From IMG/VR virus record IMGVR_UViG_3300026518_000669, positions 1 through 56,451 of that record: DNA of 56,451 nt, one strand, 5' to 3'. A program made the translations under genes and the position numbers. The notes under the pieces were generated by a model, which searched no databases, was not told the DNA's origin, and worked only from the letters and a program-made list of their open reading frames with translations. This DNA is from a virus. Its lineage: Duplodnaviria > Caudoviricetes. Shown here piece by piece: positions 55,631 through 56,451 of this stretch (the stretch's first letter is position 1; each line of letters opens with the position of its first letter).

Positions 55631-55691
55631 GTCTTGAAAACCGGCATAGGTTAATAGCCTATCCAGGGTTCGAATCCCTGTCCCTCCGCCA
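55631..55691 (+). other. attR: duplicated 3' half of tRNA-Ser(UGA)
   Basis: CTTGAAA anticodon loop, long variable arm (ATAGG-TTAATAG-CCTAT), GGTTCGAATCC T-arm and CCGCCA end; the 5' half (acceptor 5' strand, D-arm) is absent. Confidence 0.88.
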
Positions 55692-55696
55692 TTATT

Positions 55697-55740
55697 AAAA
55701 AAGCCCGTAGAGTCAACGACTTGCGGGCTTTGATTTTTTT
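55697..55740. terminator. Terminator downstream of the tRNA end
   Basis: AAAGCCCGTA...TGCGGGCTTT with a T-run. Confidence 0.6.
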
Positions 55741-56178
55741 GCATTCTAACCACTTTTTCTAACCATTTTTTTGAGAGCTATTCTCAGGTAGTCATACTGG
55801 ATAGATTTCCAGTTTCATGGTGAAAAGTCGGTTCCCCTCCTGACCTTCTTTCTAGCCTTTCATTCTGCTGGGCACCTAACCGATATGGGCCGCCGCGCTG
55901 TAGCGAGCGCCACCGATCCCGCCGCTAGTCAGCCGACACGCCCCGCCGAACTCCCGCTGGGGCCGGGTGACAAGTAGCGCTGAAATTGATGTGAGCGAGC
56001 CGCACCGGGTGCGGTTGATTGTTGTTTAGTCGAAGTCTCAAGCATTCGATGCTGTGGAGGTGGTGGTCATAGCCAGCCGTAAAAGGTGACGAACCGCACC
56101 TTTTACGCTGAAACTATGGGCAACGCATTGATTTAGCGTGATTCCTTCAGAGAGTCGGAATTATAGCCACACGCCACC

Positions 56179-56451
56179 TTAGCGGCTGTGGCTGTGCTCT
56201 TGAATGTACGTCTTTAGCGCCTGATCTATGCGCCGTTGCCAGCCTTCACCTTGCGCCTTGAAGTGCTCGATCACTTCCGGCGATAAGCGGATGGAAGTCT
56301 TTACCTTGGTGGGTGCCTGCTGGCGGCCACGCTGACCAATGGCGCGTTGTAGGTTAGCGGGCAACACCTCAGACATAGGGCGCATCTGCTTAACGTCCTG
56401 GTCTGTGAGTTCTCTTACTTCACCGTCTTTATTCGTGAGCCGCGTTTTCAT
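56179..56451 (-). CDS. BrnA-family (DUF4415) antitoxin, outside the prophage
   Basis: RGRQ...K..SIRLSPEVIEHFKA.G.GWQ.RI..AL. Confidence 0.85.
   Translation of the reverse strand: MKTRLTNKDGEVRELTDQDVKQMRPMSEVLPANLQRAIGQRGRQQAPTKVKTSIRLSPEVIEHFKAQGEGWQRRIDQALKTYIQEHSHSR

Larger units (their letters stand above)
1..55691. mobile_element. Temperate prophage (podovirus-like, lambdoid/P22-like gene order) integrated in tRNA-Ser
   Basis: Integrase at the left end, tRNA 3'-half duplication at the right end, and complete immunity, replication, lysis, packaging, head, tail and ejection modules in between. No tape-measure gene is seen. Confidence 0.95.

Noticed and set aside
55600-55691. Intact tRNA-Ser gene
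   Set aside because: Upstream bases cannot form the acceptor stem, D-arm or full anticodon stem; it is the att duplicate.

Overview
Positions 1 to about 55,690 are an apparently complete temperate prophage, probably a podovirus because it has an ejection-protein cluster and no tape measure. The host is a gammaproteobacterium; a Halomonas-like host is my impression only. The prophage is integrated in a tRNA-Ser(UGA) gene, whose duplicated 3' half (attR) is at 55631-55691; attL lies just left of the window. Gene order is lambdoid/P22-like: int-xis, early-left genes (MTase, YqaJ/Bet recombination, HNH), cI/cro switch with 14-bp operators, O-type initiator with iterons, DnaB, nin region, Q-like gene, lysis, terminase, portal, scaffold, capsid, tail, ejection proteins (including a 2578-aa polyvalent protein), morons and an mnt/arc/antirepressor cassette. 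Highlights: (1) a complete diversity-generating retroelement (target-avd-TR-RT) in which all 11 VR/TR mismatches fall on TR adenines; (2) two uncharacterised small genes upstream of an Aca1-like HTH gene behind an operator-bearing promoter, which are candidate new anti-CRISPRs; (3) a signal-peptide moron at the P22 sieA position whose C-terminal half resembles the N-terminal ~55 aa of the adjacent giant ejection protein, a candidate decoy-type superinfection exclusion factor; (4) a family of covarying GNGA-tetraloop hairpins in front of late genes, plus a structured leader with 12-nt complementarity to the 16S rRNA 3' end; (5) a Panacea/MazF-like toxin-antitoxin pair. All family assignments come from motif recognition by eye; no searches were run.
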